A stretch of 64,000 nt of DNA. Source: Patescibacteria group bacterium. GTDB taxonomy: Bacteria; Patescibacteriota; Microgenomatia; UBA8517. The DNA lies in contig JAOAEL010000002.1 in NCBI GenBank assembly GCA_026416845.1, forward strand, positions 47,422 through 111,421. Direction: 5' to 3'. A program made the position numbers and the translations under genes. Shown piece after piece: positions 51,906 to 61,683 of this stretch (the stretch's first letter is position 1; each line of letters opens with the position of its first letter). The notes under the pieces are model-generated. The model saw nothing but the letters and a program-made list of their open reading frames with translations. It ran no database searches and was not told the origin of the DNA.

Positions 51906-54128
51906 TTAAATTGGCGTGCCATGAAATAAAATCTTTCTCCAATCTTTCTCTATCATGTTATTGCTTATAGACAGCTCTTGCGCTTTAGCTTTTTTATCAA
52001 CAACATCGATATATAACCAATCCATAATTCCAAACCAAATGTCTGACACTAAGTTGCGAATGCCAATATAAGAAACTATTGCCCAAGAAGCGGTAAAAGC
52101 GTTAAAGGTGGCAAAAATAGCATTTCCCCAATTTTCTAATAAAATGTTCCGCCAAGCTGTAAAAATTGAAAAAGCAACAATCAATATAGGTACTACCAAG
52201 TAGATTATTCCCGCTCTTGTGCGATTTTTTACCTTTGGCGTCCTTGCAAAAGGGATTTTCTTGCCGGTTATTGCTTGTTCTATGGACTTCAAAACTCCAG
52301 CTAAATTCACAGGAAGCATAATTAAATTAAATCCATATATCCTAAAAATATCGCTGTACCTATAACCACAATACTTTAAATCGCTAGCCATTGAGATGAA
52401 ATAAGGCATGGCCGCAAGCAAAACCAAAGGACTTAGAAGCCTTCCATCGTAAGGATAAACAAGCAAAAACATAAGCCCAAATGTTGCCCAAGCAATAGAA
52501 GCCATATAATTTACCCTAAGTAAAAATTCTGTCCAAGTAATTGGATCATTCTTTATTTTCCTAATGCGCATTTGCTTTAACAACTTTGCAAGTATAATTA
52601 GTCCGCCATTTGCCCATCTTCTTCTTTGAACAATTAGCGATCCGAAATCAGGAGGTGTTGCACTGTAGCTTAACCTTTCCGGATAATTCATTAATGTCCA
52701 CCCATGCATCCCCAAATCAATGCTGGATTCCGTATCCTCTATTACTGTTCTATCTTGAATATATCTTTTGACTTCCACCCCATTTATATTTTCTATTTCA
52801 ACAATATCTTCGATGGCTTTTTTCCTGATAATCGCATTCGCTCCCACCCAAAAGGTAGCATTGTAATAACTTTTACCTTGATGAAGAATATGTTGGATAT
52901 CTGTTGTAGCTCCAGCAAGATATTCTATTCTTGTATAAGCGCCACGGAACGAGGAATACGGAGTTTGAGCGACAGCAACTCTTTGATTTTCTGGTTGTTG
53001 CATGTAGTAAACAAGTCTTAAGCAATATTCCCTTAGAAGTATAGAGTCCGCATCCAAACTCAAAATAAAATCACTATCCGGTATTACAATAGTGCTTTTG
53101 CCTACATTTTTCGTTGGTATAAGCTCAAGCCCTCTGTCTGTAACCACTTCTTTGTAAGCTTTGCCCATAAGTCCTATATAACTGTTTAAATTCATTGCCT
53201 TGTTCGGCTCGTGGGATAATGAAGCGTACTTTTTGCGTTCAAATACATCTATTTCAGATTTAAAAGTCCAAACAAGCCTATTGTAAAGACTTAAAACTAT
53301 TCGCTTATCAATTTTTGACTTCTCAGAGATAGCATTGTCCAAAGCTTTTTTTACTTCCAAAAAATCTTTTGCCAATTCCAAAATGACTTGATTTACAAAA
53401 AAATCATCAACATGATCTTCTATAACTTCTCTTTTGGCAAAATTTTTCAACCAACTTGCCGCCCACAAATAACAATTAGACAACTTATTTAATTCAGAAA
53501 AATTAGCGGTCTTAGATTCTTTATAACTTTTTAAGAACTCAGACTTTGATTTCCGCATCTTTTTAAAAGGCGCGGAAAACAAATCTCTAATATCGTTTTT
53601 TATATTCCTTGCCCGATTAAGTCTCTCTATTTCTTCCTGTGAGGTTGGATTAGGTTTGTCATCAAGCAGTAAAACCACCCTCAGGTTTGGGTACTCCTGC
53701 AAGAAAGCGGAGATTAAAGTTTTTCTAATAACCGAATATTCCTCATTATAAGAAGGAACCAAAACAGTGATTGAAGGTTTGTATTTTGAAAAATATTTAT
53801 CCAGCGTAAGCCTTGAAACTCTTTTGTGAGCGCTAAAACGCTTCAAGGCTCCATATCTTGCCACAAGATACATCAAAGAAGAGAAAATAAGCATTGAAAC
53901 CACAAAAGAATATCCAATAGCCTCCATAGCGAAACTGTAATTTTGGGGACCATCCATAAGTTGTCTTACTATCACAGACAAAATATAAAAAAACCAAAGA
54001 ATTACAGTTAAAACAATTGCAAGTTTGCTTAAAGCAATTTTTCTAAGCGATGGAACCTCATGAAGAATGCTAAGAGGTATAGTAGACTTTTCAGTACCCC
54101 ATTGACGTTTGCGCTTGGTTGTAATCAT
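51906..54128 (-). CDS. Processive GT2 glycosyltransferase (BcsA/chitin synthase-like)
   Basis: VPSYNE, LLDD, KAMNLN, LDAD, QTP, FWVG, IEDT, QRRRW, FARTPK; N- and C-terminal TM helices. Confidence 0.9.
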   Translation of the reverse strand: MITTKRKRQWGTEKSTIPLSILHEVPSLRKIALSKLAIVLTVILWFFYILSVIVRQLMDGPQNYSFAMEAIGYSFVVSMLIFSSLMYLVARYGALKRFSAHKRVSRLTLDKYFSKYKPSITVLVPSYNEEYSVIRKTLISAFLQEYPNLRVVLLLDDKPNPTSQEEIERLNRARNIKNDIRDLFSAPFKKMRKSKSEFLKSYKESKTANFSELNKLSNCYLWAASWLKNFAKREVIEDHVDDFFVNQVILELAKDFLEVKKALDNAISEKSKIDKRIVLSLYNRLVWTFKSEIDVFERKKYASLSHEPNKAMNLNSYIGLMGKAYKEVVTDRGLELIPTKNVGKSTIVIPDSDFILSLDADSILLREYCLRLVYYMQQPENQRVAVAQTPYSSFRGAYTRIEYLAGATTDIQHILHQGKSYYNATFWVGANAIIRKKAIEDIVEIENINGVEVKRYIQDRTVIEDTESSIDLGMHGWTLMNYPERLSYSATPPDFGSLIVQRRRWANGGLIILAKLLKQMRIRKIKNDPITWTEFLLRVNYMASIAWATFGLMFLLVYPYDGRLLSPLVLLAAMPYFISMASDLKYCGYRYSDIFRIYGFNLIMLPVNLAGVLKSIEQAITGKKIPFARTPKVKNRTRAGIIYLVVPILIVAFSIFTAWRNILLENWGNAIFATFNAFTASWAIVSYIGIRNLVSDIWFGIMDWLYIDVVDKKAKAQELSISNNMIEKDWRKILFHGTPI

Positions 54129-54283
54129 TTTGGAAAAAATTAATACTATTGATTAAATTAATAACTAAATCAAAAAATTTGAGGTAAAAAATTTTCGCAG
54201 GTATAATTATAGGGTATTATTCACATCTTTTCAACTATAGGATTTACATATATTATTAATCAGAGGGTATACCAATCAAATAT

Positions 54284-56098
54284 CTAAACAAGAACAACTT
54301 GAGAATCTTCAAGAATAGGTAATAACCTAATTTTTTCAAACAACTTAGCTTCTTGATATAAATCCACACCTCTAACTACTAAAAGCAGGACAAAGCTTTC
54401 ATCAGAAAATACATTTGATTTGATTTTAATAATATCACCGCCAAATTCGGATATCACACCTGATAAAGCAAATAATATACCTTGTCTGTTTCTCCCAAAC
54501 ACTCCGACAGAAGAATATCCTAGTCTTTCTTTAGTAACACCAAGATCCTGCAAACTAAAAGCAAGTTCTTCCAAATTTTTCGCTCCCGAACCTATATCAT
54601 GGTATAAATCAAAAATAGTTGAAATACTCAAATGATTCAAAATCTGATTTAACAAATGCTCTGGCAAGTCAGTTAAATCAATTACCCCAATTCTATTCTC
54701 AATAAGAAAATTTCGCACTTTATTAAATCCAAGCTTCTGTTTATTTTTATCATCTATTCTACGGTTAACTTCCATCAAGCACTTCCTAGTGCCAAAGCCA
54801 ACTTTATCTAGAATTTCTTTTGGGTAAGGATCAACTCTTTCCTCATCTAAAATTGAAACTTCTACAACTTGCGCATTTTCCAAAGGTTGATCCGAAGAAA
54901 CAATTTGATTGTTCACACGTATTTCAAAATTTTTACCAAGCATTTGAGGATCATACTTATACACAAAATCCAACCCTTTGCTTCCGGGTGGCAAAAACCA
55001 AATTCTATTCTCTGTGTCAAGAAACATCACAATGTTGCGTTGTGACAAGCCATTTCTCAAATCATAAACCGCTCCCCACATATTTCTCTCATGAACTGAT
55101 TTGGTTTCAAAAACTATCTCAACAGCTCCTTGTTCCATAATTAGTGTTGTCTGCATGGCCTCATAGCCGGAATCAGACTTCTTTGGACCAACATAAAAAT
55201 TATTACGCGATTCATCTATAAATACGCCAAGCTTTGACGCGGCAAGTCTGCCAACCATTCGATGCAAAAACTCAATTCTTTCCTCTTCATTGCCAATGTC
55301 AGGGAAAATTAAATGGCAACTCGCAACATCACCTATATCTGAAATTTCCCCAAGCCTTCTTCTTCTTGCTTTATCATATATGTGCCAGATACCGCCACGA
55401 ATTATTTTTACACAACAATCATTACCAAAAAGGCTCTGAAAATAAATTTCCATTTGTCTAACAAAAGACTCATTTAAACGAGGATCACTATCTACAAGAC
55501 AAGAGATTCGTGAAAACTCTGAAGGATTGAATACTTCAAAAGCATTATCACAAATTCTATTTCTTATCTCCCACATCCCAAGCGCTTCCGCCAAACCAAG
55601 TCCATAAACTCTCAATGATTCTTCCGCTTTTCTAAATCTTTTCTCAGTATCTCTTATCGCACCCAAAGTTTGACTATTATGAAAATGGTCAGCCATTTTA
55701 AGAATTAAAACCCTGATGTCTAAACTTCCTTCCTTAAGAAGTTTCTCAAAGTATATTCTTACACTATCTTCCCTACTATTGCCCAATCTAAATTTAGAAA
55801 CAGCCATCACTAACTTTGTAACTTCTTCGCCAAAAAGCCGAATCAATGTTTTTTCATTTGCTTTTCCATCCTCAATAACATCGTGCAACCATGCGGCGAC
55901 AACAAGATTGGGATCATTATTAATTCTAAAAACTTCTTCAATATTTCTTGCAGTTTCTTCCAGATGAGTATATACAGGAGTTGTTCCATCGTCCCGTAAA
56001 GCTCCTGAGTACCATCTTTTGACTACTGTCTTTGCCAAATCAACTAAAGAAATAGGAATCTCTTTTGTACTTGCGTCTGTGCCTCTCTCCAAAAGCAT
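54284..56098 (-). CDS. Long RelA/SpoT homolog: HD hydrolase, degenerate synthetase, TGS, ACT
   Basis: YTHL, LHDVIED, KMADHFHNSQTL; LPPGSKGLDFVY..VNNQIV (TGS); GRNRQGILFAL (ACT). Confidence 0.85.
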   Translation of the reverse strand: MLLERGTDASTKEIPISLVDLAKTVVKRWYSGALRDDGTTPVYTHLEETARNIEEVFRINNDPNLVVAAWLHDVIEDGKANEKTLIRLFGEEVTKLVMAVSKFRLGNSREDSVRIYFEKLLKEGSLDIRVLILKMADHFHNSQTLGAIRDTEKRFRKAEESLRVYGLGLAEALGMWEIRNRICDNAFEVFNPSEFSRISCLVDSDPRLNESFVRQMEIYFQSLFGNDCCVKIIRGGIWHIYDKARRRRLGEISDIGDVASCHLIFPDIGNEEERIEFLHRMVGRLAASKLGVFIDESRNNFYVGPKKSDSGYEAMQTTLIMEQGAVEIVFETKSVHERNMWGAVYDLRNGLSQRNIVMFLDTENRIWFLPPGSKGLDFVYKYDPQMLGKNFEIRVNNQIVSSDQPLENAQVVEVSILDEERVDPYPKEILDKVGFGTRKCLMEVNRRIDDKNKQKLGFNKVRNFLIENRIGVIDLTDLPEHLLNQILNHLSISTIFDLYHDIGSGAKNLEELAFSLQDLGVTKERLGYSSVGVFGRNRQGILFALSGVISEFGGDIIKIKSNVFSDESFVLLLVVRGVDLYQEAKLFEKIRLLPILEDSQVVLV

Positions 56099-56199
56099 TT
56101 TTAAATAATTTTAACTAATTGGCAATATTATCTCCAATGTAATAAAAAAAAGCCCATGTCAACCTTGTCTCCCGCACAAATATCAGCTCTTTTGTGGAA

Positions 56200-56227
56200 A
56201 TTATACCGATTTAAAGGGAAAATGCAA
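56200..56227 (-). promoter_or_regulatory. Sigma70-like promoter TTGCAT-N16-TATAAT for the RSH leader
   Basis: atgcaa at 56222-56227 and attata at 56200-56205 on the + strand. Confidence 0.6.
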
Positions 56228-56399
56228 AGAAAGACTTTGTGCTTTCTATTTAAAAAAACCACGGAAGTTGATCTAACACCAGCCTTATACGGCATACCAA
56301 TAGTAAAACAACTTCTTGAATTGACAGAATAAAGTTAACAAAGTTAATATATTGAAATTTAATATAAGACTTTGTATCCCCATTTTATTTGGAATAAAA

Positions 56400-56894
56400 A
56401 TGGACAATGAAAATAATAAAACAAATAAGCTATCAACTTTGGGAGTTATTGCTATTTCTGCCTTTCTTATAATCTTTTTATTGAACCAAAATCTACAAAC
56501 AAAAAACAATATCAATAATAAACTACAATCCGAAGAAAAATCAGCAGTTGAAACAAAAACAGAAGAAGAAAACGAGCTTGAGATAGAAGACCTTGTGATT
56601 GGCACTGGGAAGGAAGCCCAAAACGGCAAAAAGGTCAGCGTAAATTACAAAGGAACACTAACCAACGGCGTTCAATTTGATAATTCCTACGATCGCGGAA
56701 GACCTTTTACTTTCACCTTAGGTGTTGGCGAAGTTATCAAAGGCTGGGATCAAGGCATTGTTGGAATGAAAGTAGGAGGAAAAAGAAAACTTACAATTCC
56801 ACCATCGCTAGCTTACGGCAGTAAGAACTTGGGAACTATACCGCCCCACTCTACTCTTATTTTCGAAGTTGAATTGTTAGAAGTAAAAGATTAG
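56400..56894 (+). CDS. FKBP-type peptidyl-prolyl isomerase, membrane anchored
   Basis: YKGTL, FDNSYDR, VIKGWDQG, IPPSLAYG, IPPHSTLIFEVELL; N-terminal TM. Confidence 0.93.
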   Translation: MDNENNKTNKLSTLGVIAISAFLIIFLLNQNLQTKNNINNKLQSEEKSAVETKTEEENELEIEDLVIGTGKEAQNGKKVSVNYKGTLTNGVQFDNSYDRGRPFTFTLGVGEVIKGWDQGIVGMKVGGKRKLTIPPSLAYGSKNLGTIPPHSTLIFEVELLEVKD

Positions 56895-57673
56895 TTTTGG
56901 TGTTGCTCAAGCTCCTTTCCTTCATTAACTTCATCATGTTCATGAGGTAAAGTTTGGTTAATTGCAAACATCAGAGCTACCCCAACCAAAAAAGGTAACA
57001 AAATTTTAGCTCCATCTTTCCTAATCTGAAAAAAATTTGGCATGAATTCAAAAATCGCCAAATACAAAAAAACCCCGGCAGAGATAGACATAAAAATTCC
57101 AACTGCAAAAGGATCAACTCCTGATAAATAATAGGCTAAAAAAGCTCCAATGATAGCAGTTGCAGAAGACAATAAATTTACAATAATAATGTTTTGCTTT
57201 CTCATGCCAGATTTTAACATTACCCCAAAATCGGCTATTTCATGTGGCACTTCATGGGCAAAAGCCGAAAGCGCGGCAAAAAACCCCAAAACTGGATTAA
57301 TAACAAAGCTTGTTCCTATTGCAACACCATCAAGAAAATTATGAATGCTATCCCCAAATACTAAAAAGAAAATTTGTCCCTTTATCCTAGCAGTGTGCGA
57401 TTTTTCATGAATTTTATTTAACAAAACCTTTGCAAAAAATATCAAAACCAAAAAAAATAAAACATAGAAATAAGCAATATTCCCAAGGTAGTGTAATGAT
57501 TCTGGAACTAAATTTTGCAGTGAAACAAATATTAAAACACCCGCGGCAAAAGAAGTTGCAAACCTAGATAAAAAATTTTCCCAAGTTTTTTTGTACAAAA
57601 ATATCAAGCCACCCACAAGCCCTAACACACTTGCAAGCAAGCTAATTAAAAATAAGTACAAAATTTCACCCAT
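56891..57673 (-). CDS. ZIP family metal transporter
   Basis: FAAGV, GDSIHNFLDG, AHEVPHEIADF. Confidence 0.9.
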   Translation of the reverse strand: MGEILYLFLISLLASVLGLVGGLIFLYKKTWENFLSRFATSFAAGVLIFVSLQNLVPESLHYLGNIAYFYVLFFLVLIFFAKVLLNKIHEKSHTARIKGQIFFLVFGDSIHNFLDGVAIGTSFVINPVLGFFAALSAFAHEVPHEIADFGVMLKSGMRKQNIIIVNLLSSATAIIGAFLAYYLSGVDPFAVGIFMSISAGVFLYLAIFEFMPNFFQIRKDGAKILLPFLVGVALMFAINQTLPHEHDEVNEGKELEQHQN

Positions 57674-57716
57674 CTTCTTATTTTAATATCACTTTAGTTT
57701 ATATTAAAATAATGCG

Positions 57717-59162
57717 ATGAAAAATATTTTATACCCAGCGCATAGCTTAAAACGTACCAAAATAGTCGCAACTATCGGACCAGCTTCTGACTCTTCAAAA
57801 ATAATTGAAAAACTAATCAAAAACGGCCTAAATGTCGCCAGACTTAATTTTTCCCATGGCACACACGAGACTCATTTGGCAAATGCGCAAAAAATTAGAG
57901 AGGCATCGAAAAAATTAGGCAAGCCAGTTGCGATATTGCAAGATTTACAAGGACCAAAAATCAGACTTGGAATTCTTTCAGAAGAAAAAATCAATTTAAA
58001 AAAAGGACAAATTGTTACCTTTTACCATGCCAATCTGCAAATTGACAATAGAATACCAATTCAGGTTGATATTTTCCCTTATCTGGAAAAAAATAATCAC
58101 ATACTCATAAACGATGGTTTAACACGTTTGTCCGTGATCTCTGTTAACAAACAAAAAAAAGAGGCGGTTTGCGAAGTTAAAGTTGCAAATCCAATATCGT
58201 CAAAAAAAGGCATAAACCTTCCAGACACAAAATTGCCAACAATGTCGTTAACTCAAAAAGACATTGAAGATCTTAAAATTACAGAAAAATTAGACGCGGA
58301 TTATGTCGCACTGTCGTTTGTCCAAAGTATAGATGATATTTACGCTTTGAGAAAAATTTTAGGAAAGATGGCAAACCCACCAAAAATAATAGTTAAACTA
58401 GAAACAAAAGAAGCTGTAAAAAATCTTGAATCTTTAATTAAAGAAAGCGATGCTGTAATGGTGGCTCGAGGAGATTTGGCTATAGAAATTGATCCGGAAA
58501 ATGTGCCAATTGTCCAAAAACAAGTCATAAAATTGGCTCGCAAGCATCACACCCCAGTTATTATTGCGACACAAATGCTAGAATCTATGGTCAACAATCC
58601 TGAACCAACAAGAGCAGAAGTAAATGATGTAGCTACTGCCGTGCTTGACAGAGTGGATGCAATAATGCTTTCGGCAGAAACAGCAACTGGAAACTATCCT
58701 GTTGAAGCAGTGGCAATGCAAAAAAGAATTATCAAAAGAGTTGAAAAGCACTACCATGAATCATCCTCTAATTATGCTCTTGACGCTTTGGAAGAAAGTA
58801 CAGACCAAACTACAGGTGTGGCGGCTGCGGCTTGCATACTTGCTCACCAACTAAAAGCATCTTTAATAATTGTAGTCACTTCGTCGGGAAAAACTGCCGC
58901 AAGAGTTGCTTCTTACCGTCCAACAGCTCCAATTATTGGTATTACCGATAACGCAAAAACATTGAATCAACTAACTCTATTATGGGGGGTGAAAGCATTT
59001 CGGTCTCCAGATTATAAAACTGACTTTGAAATCTTTGAATTTGCAAAATTGCAAATAACAAAGCTCGGCTATGTTCAGAAAGGAGACAAAATCGTATTTG
59101 TATCAGGACAAAAACCACATCAACCGGGTAGCACAAATACTATTTCAGTTTTTACCATATAA
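57717..59162 (+). CDS. pyk: Pyruvate kinase
   Basis: TKIVATIGP, RLNFSHG, DLQGPKIR, MVARGDL, ATQMLESM, PTRAE. Confidence 0.97.
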   Translation: MKNILYPAHSLKRTKIVATIGPASDSSKIIEKLIKNGLNVARLNFSHGTHETHLANAQKIREASKKLGKPVAILQDLQGPKIRLGILSEEKINLKKGQIVTFYHANLQIDNRIPIQVDIFPYLEKNNHILINDGLTRLSVISVNKQKKEAVCEVKVANPISSKKGINLPDTKLPTMSLTQKDIEDLKITEKLDADYVALSFVQSIDDIYALRKILGKMANPPKIIVKLETKEAVKNLESLIKESDAVMVARGDLAIEIDPENVPIVQKQVIKLARKHHTPVIIATQMLESMVNNPEPTRAEVNDVATAVLDRVDAIMLSAETATGNYPVEAVAMQKRIIKRVEKHYHESSSNYALDALEESTDQTTGVAAAACILAHQLKASLIIVVTSSGKTAARVASYRPTAPIIGITDNAKTLNQLTLLWGVKAFRSPDYKTDFEIFEFAKLQITKLGYVQKGDKIVFVSGQKPHQPGSTNTISVFTI

Positions 59163-59255
59163 AAACTTAATTTCTTTTACCCAAAAATAACAACTGAAAC
59201 TTAAATAAGTCACAAGCAATTAAAAATTAATCTTAAAAAAAAAAACTTAGCCTTC

Positions 59256-60686
59256 TTAATCAATAAACCTTTTAATTTTAGAAAGAATTATCTGTTTATA
59301 GTTTAGACAACTCTTAGTTTCATACTCCTCTGCAATAAGTTCATAAAAACTTGAATAAAGTAAAAAAGTTAAGTATTGCTTATCTAACGAAGTTGTATAA
59401 ATAGCCAAATTTTGATTTCTACCAACTATTTTTCTTAAAGCATCACTAGTAATCTGCACCGTATTAACGGTATGCTCATCATAAGCATTGTGATAATTTT
59501 CTTCAGAAAATTTCTGGCCCAACAAAGGATGCACTCTTGTTAAGACTTTAATATTGTGTCCTTCACTAACAACATCATTTTTTATAATTTGTATATTCTG
59601 CAAGGCCCCTTGATGTATATCCATGTATGAAGCAGACATCCTGCCACCATTTTTAGCATGAGCATATTCTATTATTTGGGGATCATATAAATTCATTCTT
59701 GGAGCATATGCGGAGTAATCAACGATGAAATTGCAACAACCAACTTTTCTGCCTTTTTTGTCAAAAAAAGTAAGCAGGAAATGGAAATCTATCTCTGCGG
59801 CAAGTATACTGCGAGGAATAAACAATTTATCGTTAAATTTTTTATTGCCTTCTACTAAATTACGAAGAGTACGATAACTTTTGGCGGCAAGATAATCACT
59901 AATTCTCAAAACATAAGGCATGTTAATTTTTATAAACTCAATATCACCGGGAGCACAAGAAATATACCATGCAATCAAATCTATAAAATGATAACTGGTA
60001 TGACTTAAAGTACCTATGCCTTCAAGGTATCCGTGAGCGCCACCTTTGGCTATTTCTTGCGGATATTTATGAATTCCACCATTTAAGATGACATGCATGT
60101 ACCTAATACCTTCTTTGGTCTTGTCATAAATCTCCTGCAAAGACTGAGCAGTCTTCAAATAAGGAGTTAAAGCTCTTCTGCGAAGCGGAGTCATAAAAAT
60201 ATACTTGGGATTACTACTTACAGCCTTTTTATATTTAATTAACAAATCCTCATACTCTATCCTAATTTTTTTTGCGCTAGAAACATTAGAACTACAATTC
60301 ACTTCTGCAATAAGAGGTTTATCACAAAAAACATTAACATGATTTTCAACAGCCCAAGAACAATAAAGATAATGAACACTAGGATTAGTAGACACTATAA
60401 CTAAGTTAGCACCAGTTCTGGCTTTTAAATCATTAAGCATCTGAAAAATAAGTTCACGCTCATAATTGGGCGGATTCAGATAAATTGGTTTGAAAAGCTT
60501 AAGAACCTCATTTAAGTTTGTTCTAACTTCACCTTTGGGAGGAGTGTTTGGGTTAATCTTGTCAATGATCGCAACAACCTTAACATCAATACCTTCTCGT
60601 AAAACAGATAATATTGCAGGATAATAATTTTCCTCACACCATTTTCCTGTGCCTCCTATTACAATGATTCTGATAGATTCCGACAT
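59256..60686 (-). CDS. Gfo/Idh/MocA-like NAD(P)-dependent oxidoreductase
   Basis: IIVIGGTG Rossmann start, VSTNPSVH, VFCDKP, SYHFID. Confidence 0.7.
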   Translation of the reverse strand: MSESIRIIVIGGTGKWCEENYYPAILSVLREGIDVKVVAIIDKINPNTPPKGEVRTNLNEVLKLFKPIYLNPPNYERELIFQMLNDLKARTGANLVIVSTNPSVHYLYCSWAVENHVNVFCDKPLIAEVNCSSNVSSAKKIRIEYEDLLIKYKKAVSSNPKYIFMTPLRRRALTPYLKTAQSLQEIYDKTKEGIRYMHVILNGGIHKYPQEIAKGGAHGYLEGIGTLSHTSYHFIDLIAWYISCAPGDIEFIKINMPYVLRISDYLAAKSYRTLRNLVEGNKKFNDKLFIPRSILAAEIDFHFLLTFFDKKGRKVGCCNFIVDYSAYAPRMNLYDPQIIEYAHAKNGGRMSASYMDIHQGALQNIQIIKNDVVSEGHNIKVLTRVHPLLGQKFSEENYHNAYDEHTVNTVQITSDALRKIVGRNQNLAIYTTSLDKQYLTFLLYSSFYELIAEEYETKSCLNYKQIILSKIKRFID

Positions 60687-60714
60687 GAAAATTTAAAATT
60701 TCTGGAAAAAATTT

Positions 60715-61683
60715 TTACTTGAAAAGCATTTCATAAACTTCGCTTGATATAGAAACAAAAACTTTATTTTTGGCTTGTAAACTTAACTCCTCAGCATGAT
60801 CCCCCGGTAGGTATACTTTCTCAGCTACAAAATCATTAACCTTAGATTCACTAAACGAGTTTCTAAGATCTTGAACAGACTTCATTAGATTATCAAACAT
60901 CAAAAAGCCATAAGGATTTATACATAAAATTAAATAACCCAAATCATATTTGCTTTTTTTGCTAACACTAGACCTGCCAATTGTTAATCCACTAGTTAAA
61001 ATTTCTATTAACACAGACAACGCAAAACCTTTTCTGCCACCAAAAACCTCAACATATTTTGCACTTTCAGGCAAGACTGTATATGAACCTTTATCATCTA
61101 AAAAAGTTTCCTCTGGCAAATTTTCTCTTAACTTACAAGCAAGCCAAGTGTTGGCCATTGCTTTTTTGGAAGTCGCATAATCAATAACAAGAGGTCTTTC
61201 ACCCGGAATAAAAGCTGCCAAAGGATTAGTGCCGGTAATTCCTTTATATCCAACTGCCGGCGATACAACAGCCTCTGATGAATTCATAAGCAAACCAATA
61301 TAATTAGCGCTAGAAAACAGCTTAACCAAAGGTCTTAAGCTACCAATTCTTTGGATGTTATAAATCGATACTAGAGAGATTCCGTATTCTCTAGCTTTAT
61401 TAATCGACAAAAATATTGCATTCCTAATTGCCAAATCACCTATTTGTTTATTGCCATTTAAAAAAATTGTAGCCTTAAATTCTTTTTCAATTTTAGGTTC
61501 ACCTAATTTTTCTTTAAAATATTGCGATTCCCATAATAACTTCCAAACTCCATGAGACTCCCTGCCAGTAATCTCAGAATCTATATAACAATCTGCTAAG
61601 AAAGAAGCATCTTCTTCTTTAATATCTAATTTTCGCAAATAAGCAATCAACCTTAATCTTAGTTCTTCAATTTTTACTTTCAT
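60715..61683 (-). CDS. Ldh_2 family (malate/L-lactate/sulfolactate-type) dehydrogenase
   Basis: G.ESHG, GTNPLA, DYATS, FGGRKGFALS, YLPG. Confidence 0.85.
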   Translation of the reverse strand: MKVKIEELRLRLIAYLRKLDIKEEDASFLADCYIDSEITGRESHGVWKLLWESQYFKEKLGEPKIEKEFKATIFLNGNKQIGDLAIRNAIFLSINKAREYGISLVSIYNIQRIGSLRPLVKLFSSANYIGLLMNSSEAVVSPAVGYKGITGTNPLAAFIPGERPLVIDYATSKKAMANTWLACKLRENLPEETFLDDKGSYTVLPESAKYVEVFGGRKGFALSVLIEILTSGLTIGRSSVSKKSKYDLGYLILCINPYGFLMFDNLMKSVQDLRNSFSESKVNDFVAEKVYLPGDHAEELSLQAKNKVFVSISSEVYEMLFK

